Part shown: in pieces, positions 1-9,190 of the stretch
How positions within the stretch are numbered: the stretch's first letter is position 1
Layout: each line of letters begins with the position of its first letter
IMG/VR virus record: IMGVR_UViG_2922715855_000002
Coordinates: 13,459 to 77,458 of that record
DNA length: 64,000 bases
Strand: one strand, 5' to 3'
Origin: a virus
Taxonomy: Duplodnaviria; Caudoviricetes
Notes under the pieces: generated by a model
The model's input: only the letters and a program-made list of their open reading frames with translations
Told to the model about the DNA's origin: nothing
The model's database searches: none
Position numbers and translations under genes: made by a program

Positions 1-7
1 AATTCGA

Positions 8-412
8 GTGGATGACAGCGGAATCGGTGGTGCCGTAACGGATCGTTTGAATGAAATCAACACAGAGCAAAACCTTGGGTATACGATCATCCCCGTGAAC
101 AACGGCTCCGCTGCACAAGATAAACATTACGGCAACTTTGGATCAGAATTATGGGGCCATGTTAAGGATCTGCTTGAAGAGAACATGAGCAACTTTATAT
201 TAGGCATGCCAGGAGTACTCGAATTGCCTAATGACGAGAAGTTGATTACGCAGCTTACAACAAGGAAATGGCGAATGGGTAGTAACGGCAAGATAATGCT
301 AGAACGTAAAGAAGATATGAAAAAGCGCGGGTTACAGTCACCGGACCGAGCGGATGGATTTATTTTGGCGTTTGCAGAAATTGAGCAAACTTCGGGGTTC
401 GCGTTTGGGTAA
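8..412 (+). CDS. terL: Terminase large subunit, C-terminal nuclease part (5'-partial)
   Basis: xDxxGIGGAVTDRL and KEDMKKRGLQSPDRAD motifs; upstream of portal. Confidence 0.85.
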   Translation: MDDSGIGGAVTDRLNEINTEQNLGYTIIPVNNGSAAQDKHYGNFGSELWGHVKDLLEENMSNFILGMPGVLELPNDEKLITQLTTRKWRMGSNGKIMLERKEDMKKRGLQSPDRADGFILAFAEIEQTSGFAFG

Positions 413-492
413 ATGCATTTACGTATTGGAAGAACTATGTAATAATTTATTAGGAGATTACGACAAATTATTACATACAGGGAGTTATAGCA

Positions 493-1305
493 ATGCAAAA
501 ACCAAAAGTACAACTTAGAAGTGTTGGAGAAATTGATAATATTATTCTAGCAAATGATGTATATAGTTCTATGAGCGTTGTCGGGCGGGATTATTATGAA
601 TCTAAATTAGAAAAATTAAAAATTGACAGAATAGCTCTAAAAAAGAGAGATTATCTATTCAGATCAGTGTATGGCTTTCTTGCAGCTTCTGGATTAATTG
701 GTATAGTCATGAATATCTCCATACCTTTTACAATTGCTTGCGTGGTTGTATTTCTAATCGGATTAACAGTTGTTATAGCTTCTTATTTAAGTAGTAAAGC
801 GGATACCATGGATGTAGAAATCAAAACGTTAGAGAACAAGGTAACTAAAGTTAAAAGTAAACCAGATAAATCTAAAAATACAGATCGATACTTCGATACA
901 CTTGTTGGTATTAACTTGAGGAATTTGGAAGAATACTATGATCTCGTTAAAAAAAGCAATAAAAAATCTTTTAACGCTTCACTAATTGCTTGTTTTATGG
1001 GTTTCTTTCTTATTGCAGGTGGCTTAATAGCTCCATACTTCATGGATGGGGCGAAAGAAATTACTTATGTAGCATCAGCGGCTGGTATTGTTGTTGAAGT
1101 GGTAGCAGGTTTGATGTTTTATCTCTATAGCAAAACGATTCTGCAACTAAAGGATTATCATGATAGCTTATTAAATGTTCAAAATATGCTGTTATCATTT
1201 AAGTTATTCGAAGATCACAAAACTGATAATGATAGCTCGGAAATATTGAAACAAATGATAGGTTATCTATTGAACAAAGAAAAAAATAGTAAAGAGTCAA
1301 CATAG
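493..1305 (+). CDS. AT-rich membrane protein (moron), about 4 TM segments; resembles TRADD-N-associated membrane domain proteins
   Basis: Two hydrophobic hairpins separated by a coiled coil; GGAG RBS; interrupts terL-portal. Confidence 0.75.
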   Translation: MQKPKVQLRSVGEIDNIILANDVYSSMSVVGRDYYESKLEKLKIDRIALKKRDYLFRSVYGFLAASGLIGIVMNISIPFTIACVVVFLIGLTVVIASYLSSKADTMDVEIKTLENKVTKVKSKPDKSKNTDRYFDTLVGINLRNLEEYYDLVKKSNKKSFNASLIACFMGFFLIAGGLIAPYFMDGAKEITYVASAAGIVVEVVAGLMFYLYSKTILQLKDYHDSLLNVQNMLLSFKLFEDHKTDNDSSEILKQMIGYLLNKEKNSKEST

Positions 1306-1332
1306 TAATACATAACGATATTTCGATTGCGG

Positions 1333-1370
1333 AGAAGGTAGGATGATGTACATCCCACCTTCTTTTTATT
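1333..1370 (+). terminator. Intrinsic terminator after moron
   Basis: AGAAGGTAGGATG/CATCCCACCTTCT stem plus T-tract. Confidence 0.75.
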
Positions 1371-1386
1371 TTGTCCATGAAAGGAG

Positions 1387-2718
1387 GTGGTTTTTTTGGG
1401 AGTTAGACAATGGGTCATTAATTGGCTTGAGGCAGGACGTTCAAAGAATGAGCCCGTCAGACAGACAGAATCATACCCGTATCCGTTCGGAGTGATAGGG
1501 TCAATAGGAAATAACCAACCAATACCAAAGAAGACAGAAACGAATCTAAGGTCTTTGAGTGAGTCACCAATTCCACGACGAGCGATTAACGTTATAAAGG
1601 ATGGCATAACAAAACTGAATTGGTCTGTAACAACCATTGATGAGAATGACGCCGAAAAGTATCAAGAGCTATGTAAGATCATCGAACGGGCGTTATTAAA
1701 ACCAAACCAAGCGGATTCATTCCGATCATGGGTTGAACAGATCATTGAAGATATGCTTGTTTGTAGTGCTGGTTCATCGGAGACGGTCAAATCCAATGAT
1801 CTGAAACGTCCATTTCGAATGTATCCGGTCGATTCGTTCTCTATCGAACTTTACCCCACATGGGATGGACAACCGGAATCATACCGATATGCACAAAGAG
1901 TCAACGGGAAATATGTTCACCTAACTGATTCTGAGATGATGTATATTCGCATGAATCCGCGAACAAATACGCCATTCGGACTTGGGCCGCTCGAAACGGT
2001 ATGGGAAACAGCAACAAACTTCGTTATGTCACATCGAACGGCAGGGAAACAAACGATAAATACATTCTTGAGAAGAATTCTAAATCTCGGGAAGAATGCC
2101 AACAGTACCGATGTTAAAGCGTTTCGTGCTTATTGGGAGAACGAAGTAATGGGCCGCGGTATAACACCGATTATCTCAGGCGAGAGCCCGAGCATACTGG
2201 ATCTCGGAGCGACAGATGATAAAGCCTTATTCATCGAGTGGCAACGCTTCTTGATTGAAATCGTTGCTATCGCATTCGGGATATCGCCAAAGAAGCTCGG
2301 GCAGACCAAGGATGTTAATCGAAACACCGCAGACAGCGAAGATGAAGATACAAATTCAACGATTCAATCCATTGCGGAAAATATCGTCGAGCATATCAAT
2401 AACCACATCATCGACGGAATCTTTAAAATGGGTGGAATCATCGAATTCAAGTTCCATTACGCCACGTCTCTAAAGGATTTGAAGACAAAAGCAGATATAG
2501 ACGCAATTTATTTAGATCGCGGCGTGGATACGATTGATGAAGTCCGAGATAGCAAAGGAAAGAAGGCTCACCCTAACGGGCATGGCGAAAGGATTCTTGT
2601 TCCCAAAGAAAAAGCGATCGACATCAATAAAACGATGGAACAGCAGACTCAAACAACGGAACATGTAAACAAAAAAATAGATCCGAATAGCAATGACCCT
2701 AACACCACGCCAACGTAG
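1387..2718 (+). CDS. Portal protein
   Basis: Position; PFGLGPLE motif; 'IVAIAFGISPKKLG...NR' portal-like segment. Confidence 0.85.
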   Translation: MVFLGVRQWVINWLEAGRSKNEPVRQTESYPYPFGVIGSIGNNQPIPKKTETNLRSLSESPIPRRAINVIKDGITKLNWSVTTIDENDAEKYQELCKIIERALLKPNQADSFRSWVEQIIEDMLVCSAGSSETVKSNDLKRPFRMYPVDSFSIELYPTWDGQPESYRYAQRVNGKYVHLTDSEMMYIRMNPRTNTPFGLGPLETVWETATNFVMSHRTAGKQTINTFLRRILNLGKNANSTDVKAFRAYWENEVMGRGITPIISGESPSILDLGATDDKALFIEWQRFLIEIVAIAFGISPKKLGQTKDVNRNTADSEDEDTNSTIQSIAENIVEHINNHIIDGIFKMGGIIEFKFHYATSLKDLKTKADIDAIYLDRGVDTIDEVRDSKGKKAHPNGHGERILVPKEKAIDINKTMEQQTQTTEHVNKKIDPNSNDPNTTPT

Positions 2719-2754
2719 GTGTTTTTATTTTGCCTGGAGAGGGGGTGAAACAAT

Positions 2755-3759
2755 ATGCTCGCAACCTTAAAAATGAGCAAGGAATCTTTACGGGTCCAAG
2801 AATTCAAAATGTCGAGTGTCAGTGAGCATCCGAATAAAGTACCTTTCAAGTGTGCATTATTTGCAGTTGATCAGCCGAGTGACGGATCACCACATGGTGC
2901 AGGCGGTAAGAAGATTCGTATATCGTCAGCGGTGTGTGATAAGTACCTACAGACCTTCGTAGGAATGGCGTTGAATATCGACTACGTTCACGGTATGTCT
3001 GACCATGACCCACGGTTCAAAGTCGCCGTGATTGAAAAGGCGTATCGTTCCATGGACGGATTCGCTTGGGTCGAAGGGTACATTTTCGGTAAGGACTTCC
3101 CCGATGTCGTCGCAACCATTCGATATTACAACAGCTTAGCGTCAGAAAACCAATGGTCAGAATATCAATTTGGTGCATCGCTGGAGATGGAAGCAGCGGT
3201 TCAAGATGCCATGGATACGAACGACGTTCTAGACGTCATCGAGTTTTGCGGTACGGGTGCAGCGATTCTTTTCGCGGATGCCGCCGCTTATACAACAACA
3301 AGCTTTGCAGCTAAAAACAATTCAAAGGAGGTTGTCAATACCATGACACCAGAAGAAAGTAAAGCCCTTCAAGATGCAATGATTGCACTTACGGCAAGTA
3401 TGCAATCGGTCGTAACCGATATGGGGACAATCAAATCGGATGTAGAATCCATGAAAGCAGCTCAAGCGGAGGGGGAACAACAAGCCGCCGAGCAAACAAA
3501 AGAAGCAGAATTGACCGCCGCAAAAGAAGAAGCAGAGAGATATAAGCAAGAGCTTGCAACCTTGAAAGCGGGGAACAGCGCGGCTCAGGAACCACAACGT
3601 AAAACAGTTTCCGCAGCCCAATTGCTGAATAAGATCGATGCTTCCAATGGTGCGGATGGCCTTGATTATACTTCGTTCTGTGCAGCCGTAGATAAGATGA
3701 ATCTTCCGACGGTTGAATCTATGAAATTAAAACTACAAGCCAAATCTGAGCTTAAATAA
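2755..3759 (+). CDS. Prohead protease/scaffold-like protein
   Basis: Between portal and capsid; globular N-terminus plus Ala/Glu/Lys coiled-coil C-terminus. Confidence 0.65.
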   Translation: MLATLKMSKESLRVQEFKMSSVSEHPNKVPFKCALFAVDQPSDGSPHGAGGKKIRISSAVCDKYLQTFVGMALNIDYVHGMSDHDPRFKVAVIEKAYRSMDGFAWVEGYIFGKDFPDVVATIRYYNSLASENQWSEYQFGASLEMEAAVQDAMDTNDVLDVIEFCGTGAAILFADAAAYTTTSFAAKNNSKEVVNTMTPEESKALQDAMIALTASMQSVVTDMGTIKSDVESMKAAQAEGEQQAAEQTKEAELTAAKEEAERYKQELATLKAGNSAAQEPQRKTVSAAQLLNKIDASNGADGLDYTSFCAAVDKMNLPTVESMKLKLQAKSELK

Positions 3760-3775
3760 AAGGAGAATCTAATCG

Positions 3776-4777
3776 ATGAGTGAACGCGTAGGACAAGCAC
3801 AGTTTGTATCCATGTCGGCAGCAACCCAATTCCAAGGACCAGGTACTTTGATCACAGATGATTACCAAAAGGAGATCACCGATGTACTCCGTCGGAATTC
3901 TATTCTGGATGGTAGATTGAATTACGTTCCTGCAACTGGTGATATTTCAACTTACTACGAACAAAACACGGTTAACGGTGGAGATTTTGTTGATCCAAGA
4001 AATCCATCGGCTACAGCATCAAGTAATGAACGCACACCGCACGGTGTGAAGATTAAGGCGATTACAAATCAAGTGAATTTCGGTCACTATGACACGACAC
4101 TTGGGCAGCAGCAAAACAACTTCCCCGAATTAAAAGCAAAAGATTTAAACGATATGCTCAATGCCGTTGGTTTGACGCACGGTAAAGGATTATGGAGAGG
4201 CACGGATACGAATTTGGTTATTCCAAAAACCTTGTCGTATGTCGGAATTCCGAAGCAAATCACAAATACATTCGTTGTCAGCCCGACATCTTCAATCGTA
4301 TCTGCAATTCGCGCCAAAGTTGCCGCTATGGTGGCGAGTGAGAATTACGAGTTAATGCCGACCGCCATTTATATTCATCCTATTGGTCATCACTACCTGG
4401 AAGAAGAAGAACGTCAAGCATCAACAAATCAGACACAAATCAACAATCTACGAAAAACGACGGTCGCTGGTCTCGAAGTGCTTGCTATTATGACCGCCGC
4501 AGGAATCATTCCTATTATTCCTGAACCATTCATGCCATCAGAAGTAAATGGTTCGGATTCGACTTTGACGGATTATGGCATTGCGATTCTTACAGAGCCT
4601 ATGATCGAATACCATTATGTCGGTCAAAAAGGGATCTATCTATTTCAGTTAGGCACTGTTTCAGATCTACAAGAGAAGTTTATCGGTATCAAATACGGCG
4701 CACCTGTCGCTAAAGGTCCGAGCTATGCACATGCATACGGTAAAATCGAACGGCCAACCATGGTTCCGGTTGGTTAA
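3776..4777 (+). CDS. Major capsid protein
   Basis: 333 aa, follows scaffold, strong RBS, followed by terminator. Confidence 0.75.
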   Translation: MSERVGQAQFVSMSAATQFQGPGTLITDDYQKEITDVLRRNSILDGRLNYVPATGDISTYYEQNTVNGGDFVDPRNPSATASSNERTPHGVKIKAITNQVNFGHYDTTLGQQQNNFPELKAKDLNDMLNAVGLTHGKGLWRGTDTNLVIPKTLSYVGIPKQITNTFVVSPTSSIVSAIRAKVAAMVASENYELMPTAIYIHPIGHHYLEEEERQASTNQTQINNLRKTTVAGLEVLAIMTAAGIIPIIPEPFMPSEVNGSDSTLTDYGIAILTEPMIEYHYVGQKGIYLFQLGTVSDLQEKFIGIKYGAPVAKGPSYAHAYGKIERPTMVPVG

Positions 4778-4837
4778 ATACTTTTCAAGAGGTAGCGTAA
4801 TCGCTGCCTCTTTGATATAGAAGGAGGAACGAAGCCA

Positions 4838-5260
4838 ATGGCTAAATCAAAGAAAGAAAAAGCTATGACGTTAATAGAAACCGCGATATCTTTTCGGGAT
4901 GCCGCTGTAATTGGGACTGAGGCGGGTAACTTCTCGAAAGATGCTGTTGATCTCTTGAATACAGAGATTGAAACAGCGCAAAAATTTATCGAAGATGAAT
5001 CCACCGATGATGGTCAACTGGATACATTGCTCACGTCGCTCAATGGAGCGTTAAAGGTATTCCAGGCATCGGAAATCCCACCATCCACAGATGAACCACA
5101 GGTAAATACTAGAATCGTCACACTGAAAGGTTCTGAGAGCGAGAGAAAGGGCGTTCATTCGCTTCATTTGGGCAAACAGATCATTACATTCATTGACGGT
5201 AAAGCCGAGCTTACAGACGCAATAGCGTTGGAATTAGAAAATGCTGGTTATATCGAATGA
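4838..5260 (+). CDS. Head-associated protein with FIVAR-like helical domain
   Basis: IGTEAGNFSKDAVDLLNTEIETAQ...LNGALKVFQAS pattern; follows capsid. Confidence 0.55.
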   Translation: MAKSKKEKAMTLIETAISFRDAAVIGTEAGNFSKDAVDLLNTEIETAQKFIEDESTDDGQLDTLLTSLNGALKVFQASEIPPSTDEPQVNTRIVTLKGSESERKGVHSLHLGKQIITFIDGKAELTDAIALELENAGYIE

Positions 5261-5823
5261 GTACTTATTTAACCATCGATGATTCAGATTATGTAGCGAA
5301 TGGCGTTCAATTAACCATGCCGTTGATTATTCGCGCTTCTGCCATTATTGATGGGGTGTGTAAGCGATCGATTGCTATAACGTCGTATACAGAGCGTGTA
5401 CCGTTGACTGATAACCAACGAGGGCATTTGTCTTATTACCCTGTAAACGATGTGACAGCGGTCAGGGGGCGTCCTACGCACGGAATAACTGGAATTGATA
5501 TATTTGGACCGCCTACATTCCAAGACGTCTCTACGGACATTCTGGATGTCGATAAACCCATTGGGACATTATGGTGCGGATATTCTTTGTTCGGGGTTCC
5601 ATATTCAGAATTAGAAGTCACCTATACAAGTGGATGGGAAGACATACCGGAGAAGGTAAAGGTGGCTTGTGGATTGATTATCAATCAATTGGCAAGCAAC
5701 CCTAATCCGAATGTTAAAGCAAAGAAGGACTTCGATTTATCCATTGAGTATTTCAGTAGAAACATGGTTACACCGGAGATTTCCGAGCTGCTATCTGAAT
5801 ATGTACTTCGATTCTTTAGGTAG
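5257..5823 (+). CDS. Head-tail adaptor/connector
   Basis: EVTYTSGWEDIPEKVKVAC motif; position. Confidence 0.7.
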   Translation: MSTYLTIDDSDYVANGVQLTMPLIIRASAIIDGVCKRSIAITSYTERVPLTDNQRGHLSYYPVNDVTAVRGRPTHGITGIDIFGPPTFQDVSTDILDVDKPIGTLWCGYSLFGVPYSELEVTYTSGWEDIPEKVKVACGLIINQLASNPNPNVKAKKDFDLSIEYFSRNMVTPEISELLSEYVLRFFR

Positions 5824-5832
5824 GTGAAATGA

Positions 5833-6405
5833 ATGTTTTATGAATTCACGCATCGTCACACCCCTTGCTATGTTGATAATCAACATGATCTCGTCATCCT
5901 TTCGCGGGAAAACAAAGCAACGACGGTCGCAGGAAAGGAATATGTCTATAACGGCATGTTCTCTCCAGTGTCGAAAGTACATCAAGGTTCCTTGGTCGAG
6001 ACAATTGATTCATTCCTGGTCCAGACAATGCGGTCCACGACGGATAAAGACAAATACTGTAGTTTGATTAAAACCAATGCGGTCATTGAAGTGCAGCGGT
6101 ATACACAAATCTACGATAAACATGATAATCCGTTAAAAGCTTCCTTCGATTCGGTCGAAAAAGATATTAAAGCCAATGTACAGTATGTAACGGCACAACT
6201 GAGGCAAAATGATGCAGGTTTGCTTCCCACAACTGTCTACGTGCTGCAAATACAATCAACCGTTGATGTAAAAAGACCAAGCGATAGAGCATTAGTCCTT
6301 CCGGACAGAATCATAATTAATGAGCGGCCTTATCAGGTGGATGTTGTCGATGATTTGAAATTTCCAAATCTGTATCATGTCCAGTTATCCGAGGACAAAC
6401 GATGA
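5833..6405 (+). CDS. Head-closure/neck protein (putative)
   Basis: Gene order in head-tail joining block. Confidence 0.55.
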   Translation: MFYEFTHRHTPCYVDNQHDLVILSRENKATTVAGKEYVYNGMFSPVSKVHQGSLVETIDSFLVQTMRSTTDKDKYCSLIKTNAVIEVQRYTQIYDKHDNPLKASFDSVEKDIKANVQYVTAQLRQNDAGLLPTTVYVLQIQSTVDVKRPSDRALVLPDRIIINERPYQVDVVDDLKFPNLYHVQLSEDKR

Positions 6406-6983
6406 TAACCGGATACGATTATGCGAAAGCCTCCGCAGATTTAGAACATGATTTAGGTGTTGAGATTGCAGGTTTGACCAAGTTGGTCCTACTTACTGCC
6501 AAAAGCGGCATTCGCTATTATCCAGAAGTGCGGGATTACATGCATATGCAAATGACGGTACTAGCTCATGAGATGGTCGAGGGTGAAATTACGGCCGAAC
6601 ATTGGCAAGCTTGGTTAGAACAGTTTGGTAAAGGTTCCAAAATGGCTAATAGCATCGATAATCCGGGATTGGTATCTTACATAAACTCAGATCAATGGAA
6701 TCCGCTACGATCCCAAGGAAGTAAAAACGTCGTAGGCCGTGGTGAGGGTAATTATCGCAGCATTGATGGCACTACGCATTATTCAGGTGGTGGATATGCG
6801 GGCGTAGATTTAGAAGAGTTGGCAGCAAGGGGCGATATTGATAAATCATATGGCCCTACACCGCCATCCTATTTTTTGCGAATTGCTCTCCAGGCCAATA
6901 GAAACCGAATCCTAGAAGGCATTAGCCGCGTGCTCACAACATTCCCATATCATAAATACTTCAAGGAGGTAAAAGATTCATGA
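6402..6983 (+). CDS. Tail completion/neck protein (putative)
   Basis: Gene order; overlapping ATGA junctions. Confidence 0.5.
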   Translation: MITGYDYAKASADLEHDLGVEIAGLTKLVLLTAKSGIRYYPEVRDYMHMQMTVLAHEMVEGEITAEHWQAWLEQFGKGSKMANSIDNPGLVSYINSDQWNPLRSQGSKNVVGRGEGNYRSIDGTTHYSGGGYAGVDLEELAARGDIDKSYGPTPPSYFLRIALQANRNRILEGISRVLTTFPYHKYFKEVKDS

Positions 6984-7414
6984 GCTTACAGCTTATCAAT
7001 GCTATACAAGATACTCATAAAAACGATCCAACGTTTATGACTCTCGTTAGCCTGAATCCTCAATCCCCTCCAGAAGACATTGTAAAGAGATTTACGAAGG
7101 GGATGGAAGCTGATATTACACTGTCATCCTCAACGGTCCCGCATATATGCGAATACATTATGCCTGGGAGGTTTTCTAGGAATCCATTGGTGTTTGAAGG
7201 AAAGTTTTGTTTAGATTTTTACGGTAAGACATCTTACGAAGCAAAACTAATGTTCGAGCGGTCGTTCGAACTACTCCACGATAAGCCTATTCACACATCG
7301 GATTTTAGATCCTATTTGTGCGTCCTTGCTTACGATGTGGATTTCGCGACAGGTATTCGTGATGTGAAGGGGTACAAAGCAATCTATGATGTGGACTATC
7401 TCAGAATGAATTGA
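6980..7414 (+). CDS. Tail terminator (putative)
   Basis: Gene order before major tail protein. Confidence 0.5.
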   Translation: MSLQLINAIQDTHKNDPTFMTLVSLNPQSPPEDIVKRFTKGMEADITLSSSTVPHICEYIMPGRFSRNPLVFEGKFCLDFYGKTSYEAKLMFERSFELLHDKPIHTSDFRSYLCVLAYDVDFATGIRDVKGYKAIYDVDYLRMN

Positions 7415-7415
7415 G

Positions 7416-7619
7416 GTGAATAAGATGCCGAGTAAGAAAAATATCGAGACAGAACATGAAGAAGAAACAGAGCTTAGTAAGTTAATTAATCGCAAGATCG
7501 AATTAGCCAATAAGCTTGGCATTATGGACGATTACAATCCAATCGATAATTATCAAGGTACTGAAGAATACAAGGAACTACAAGAAATCGATAAACGTTT
7601 ATGGGAACTGGTCAAATAA
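7416..7619 (+). CDS. Small acidic hypothetical protein
   Basis: GAGGTGA RBS; fills gap in operon. Confidence 0.6.
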   Translation: MNKMPSKKNIETEHEEETELSKLINRKIELANKLGIMDDYNPIDNYQGTEEYKELQEIDKRLWELVK

Positions 7620-7657
7620 TCTGACGAGTTCTTTTTTTATTTGAAGGAGGAACACAA

Positions 7658-8440
7658 ATGAATCCAATAGTATTTGATGGCGTAGGTACAATGGAAATTA
7701 CAGAGTTGGACGGCACACTGAAGCTAATTGACGATAAAATCACTAAAGTCAATTTCCAAGCACAATTAGATTGGCAAAAGGTCATGGGTGGCGACAGCGG
7801 ATACGCATTCCACTACACAGCCCAGGATCTGCAAGACAAGGTTTCGATTGAACTACCGCGATTCTCTACGGCTCTTGCTGAGATTTCACAAGGAGCAGAT
7901 ACGATCAATGGTACGGTAGAGTTTAACGAGACTGAGGAAGGTATTCTAAGCCCGACAAATGGGTATTCCATCAAAGCCACCACGAAGTTCGGCGGCACTT
8001 TGGTAGATAAAAGTGATTCGGTCTATTTGAAAGATCCAAGCACAGGAGAATTAAAGAAGCTTGAACGTGTCGCAGCGACGCCAACAGCCACACAATATAT
8101 GATTGCAAACGGGAAAATCACATCGAACGCAAGCAATGACAACAAGAACATTGTTGTTCGATTAAAATGGTCTACAACAGGTACGAAGAGTGCCTTGAGC
8201 GGCAAGCGCCGTCCTAAACCGTTTAAATTCACCCATCGGTTCGAGTTAGTGGATGATAGATCAGGCAAGCCCGTTCAATGTCAATTGACAATTCATAAGG
8301 CGCTTGGCGGTGGTACACTCGACGTATCTCAGGAGCGCAAGAAACCATCTACTAGCACATTAGCTCTTGAAATTATGGAACCGGATATCACACCAGATAA
8401 CCCGAATGGTTATGCTGCGGAATTGATTTTTGGAATCTAG
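7658..8440 (+). CDS. Major tail (tube) protein
   Basis: 260 aa, AAGGAGG RBS, followed by terminator and chaperones. Confidence 0.7.
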   Translation: MNPIVFDGVGTMEITELDGTLKLIDDKITKVNFQAQLDWQKVMGGDSGYAFHYTAQDLQDKVSIELPRFSTALAEISQGADTINGTVEFNETEEGILSPTNGYSIKATTKFGGTLVDKSDSVYLKDPSTGELKKLERVAATPTATQYMIANGKITSNASNDNKNIVVRLKWSTTGTKSALSGKRRPKPFKFTHRFELVDDRSGKPVQCQLTIHKALGGGTLDVSQERKKPSTSTLALEIMEPDITPDNPNGYAAELIFGI

Positions 8441-8501
8441 TCTACGAAATAATATCCCCTACCTCTGCGGTGGGGGATATTCAATATAAGGAGGAATTAC
8501 C

Positions 8502-8834
8502 TTGGAAGAAACATTAGATCAAACATTGAATATCGGTTCAGAAATTCGGTTGGCTGAAGGGATTACCAAACGTATTCAAATTGGTAGTATCGGGTTAATT
8601 CGTAAGGTCCGTTCGATCATGAAAGGCAATGAATATAAATTCTCTTTCTCCATCGGACGTGGTAAATGGGAAGCAACCGAGAATCGAAAAGAAATTGATT
8701 TTGATGCTGTTGAGGAAGCGTATAAGGAGGCTTTTAACCTTGTCTTGGTTGAAGGTCTAACCGATGAAGAGTATGAGCAAGTAGATGAGCAAGGAATTAA
8801 GGAGCTGGATGAGCTCCTGGAACGATTTCTATAA
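8502..8834 (+). CDS. Tail assembly chaperone (gpG-like)
   Basis: Acidic 110-aa ORF between major tail and TMP. Confidence 0.75.
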   Translation: MEETLDQTLNIGSEIRLAEGITKRIQIGSIGLIRKVRSIMKGNEYKFSFSIGRGKWEATENRKEIDFDAVEEAYKEAFNLVLVEGLTDEEYEQVDEQGIKELDELLERFL

Positions 8835-9123
8835 TGAATCATTCCCTCCAGATCCCGACGAAGATATGGATGAAGATACCGACGAGGAAGCAGACGGGGA
8901 AAGCAGAAAAGATACCGATTGGATGGGGATGTGGGCGCTCTGTGTATCCAACGGCATAACAGATAGTGAATGGATCAATATGACCATCCCCAAGGTACGA
9001 GCGCTCATGAAAGCAAAGAACCGTAAAGAAGAATTTGAAATCATGCTTCATGGCGGTAAAATTGAAAACAAGAAACCGAAGAAAGCGAAATACCTCTCTG
9101 ACCTTGGTTTCTATCCGAAATAG
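8827..9123 (+). CDS. Tail assembly chaperone extension (gpT-like), probably expressed by +1 frameshift
   Basis: Open +1 frame overlapping the end of gpG; no good own RBS; acidic linker. Confidence 0.6.
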   Translation, partial: FYNESFPPDPDEDMDEDTDEEADGESRKDTDWMGMWALCVSNGITDSEWINMTIPKVRALMKAKNRKEEFEIMLHGGKIENKKPKKAKYLSDLGFYPK

Positions 9124-9190
9124 ACCCTTCTTAATAAAGGGTCTATTTGTATTGGCTCTTACCTCAGCGATGGAAAGGGGTGAATGATCA

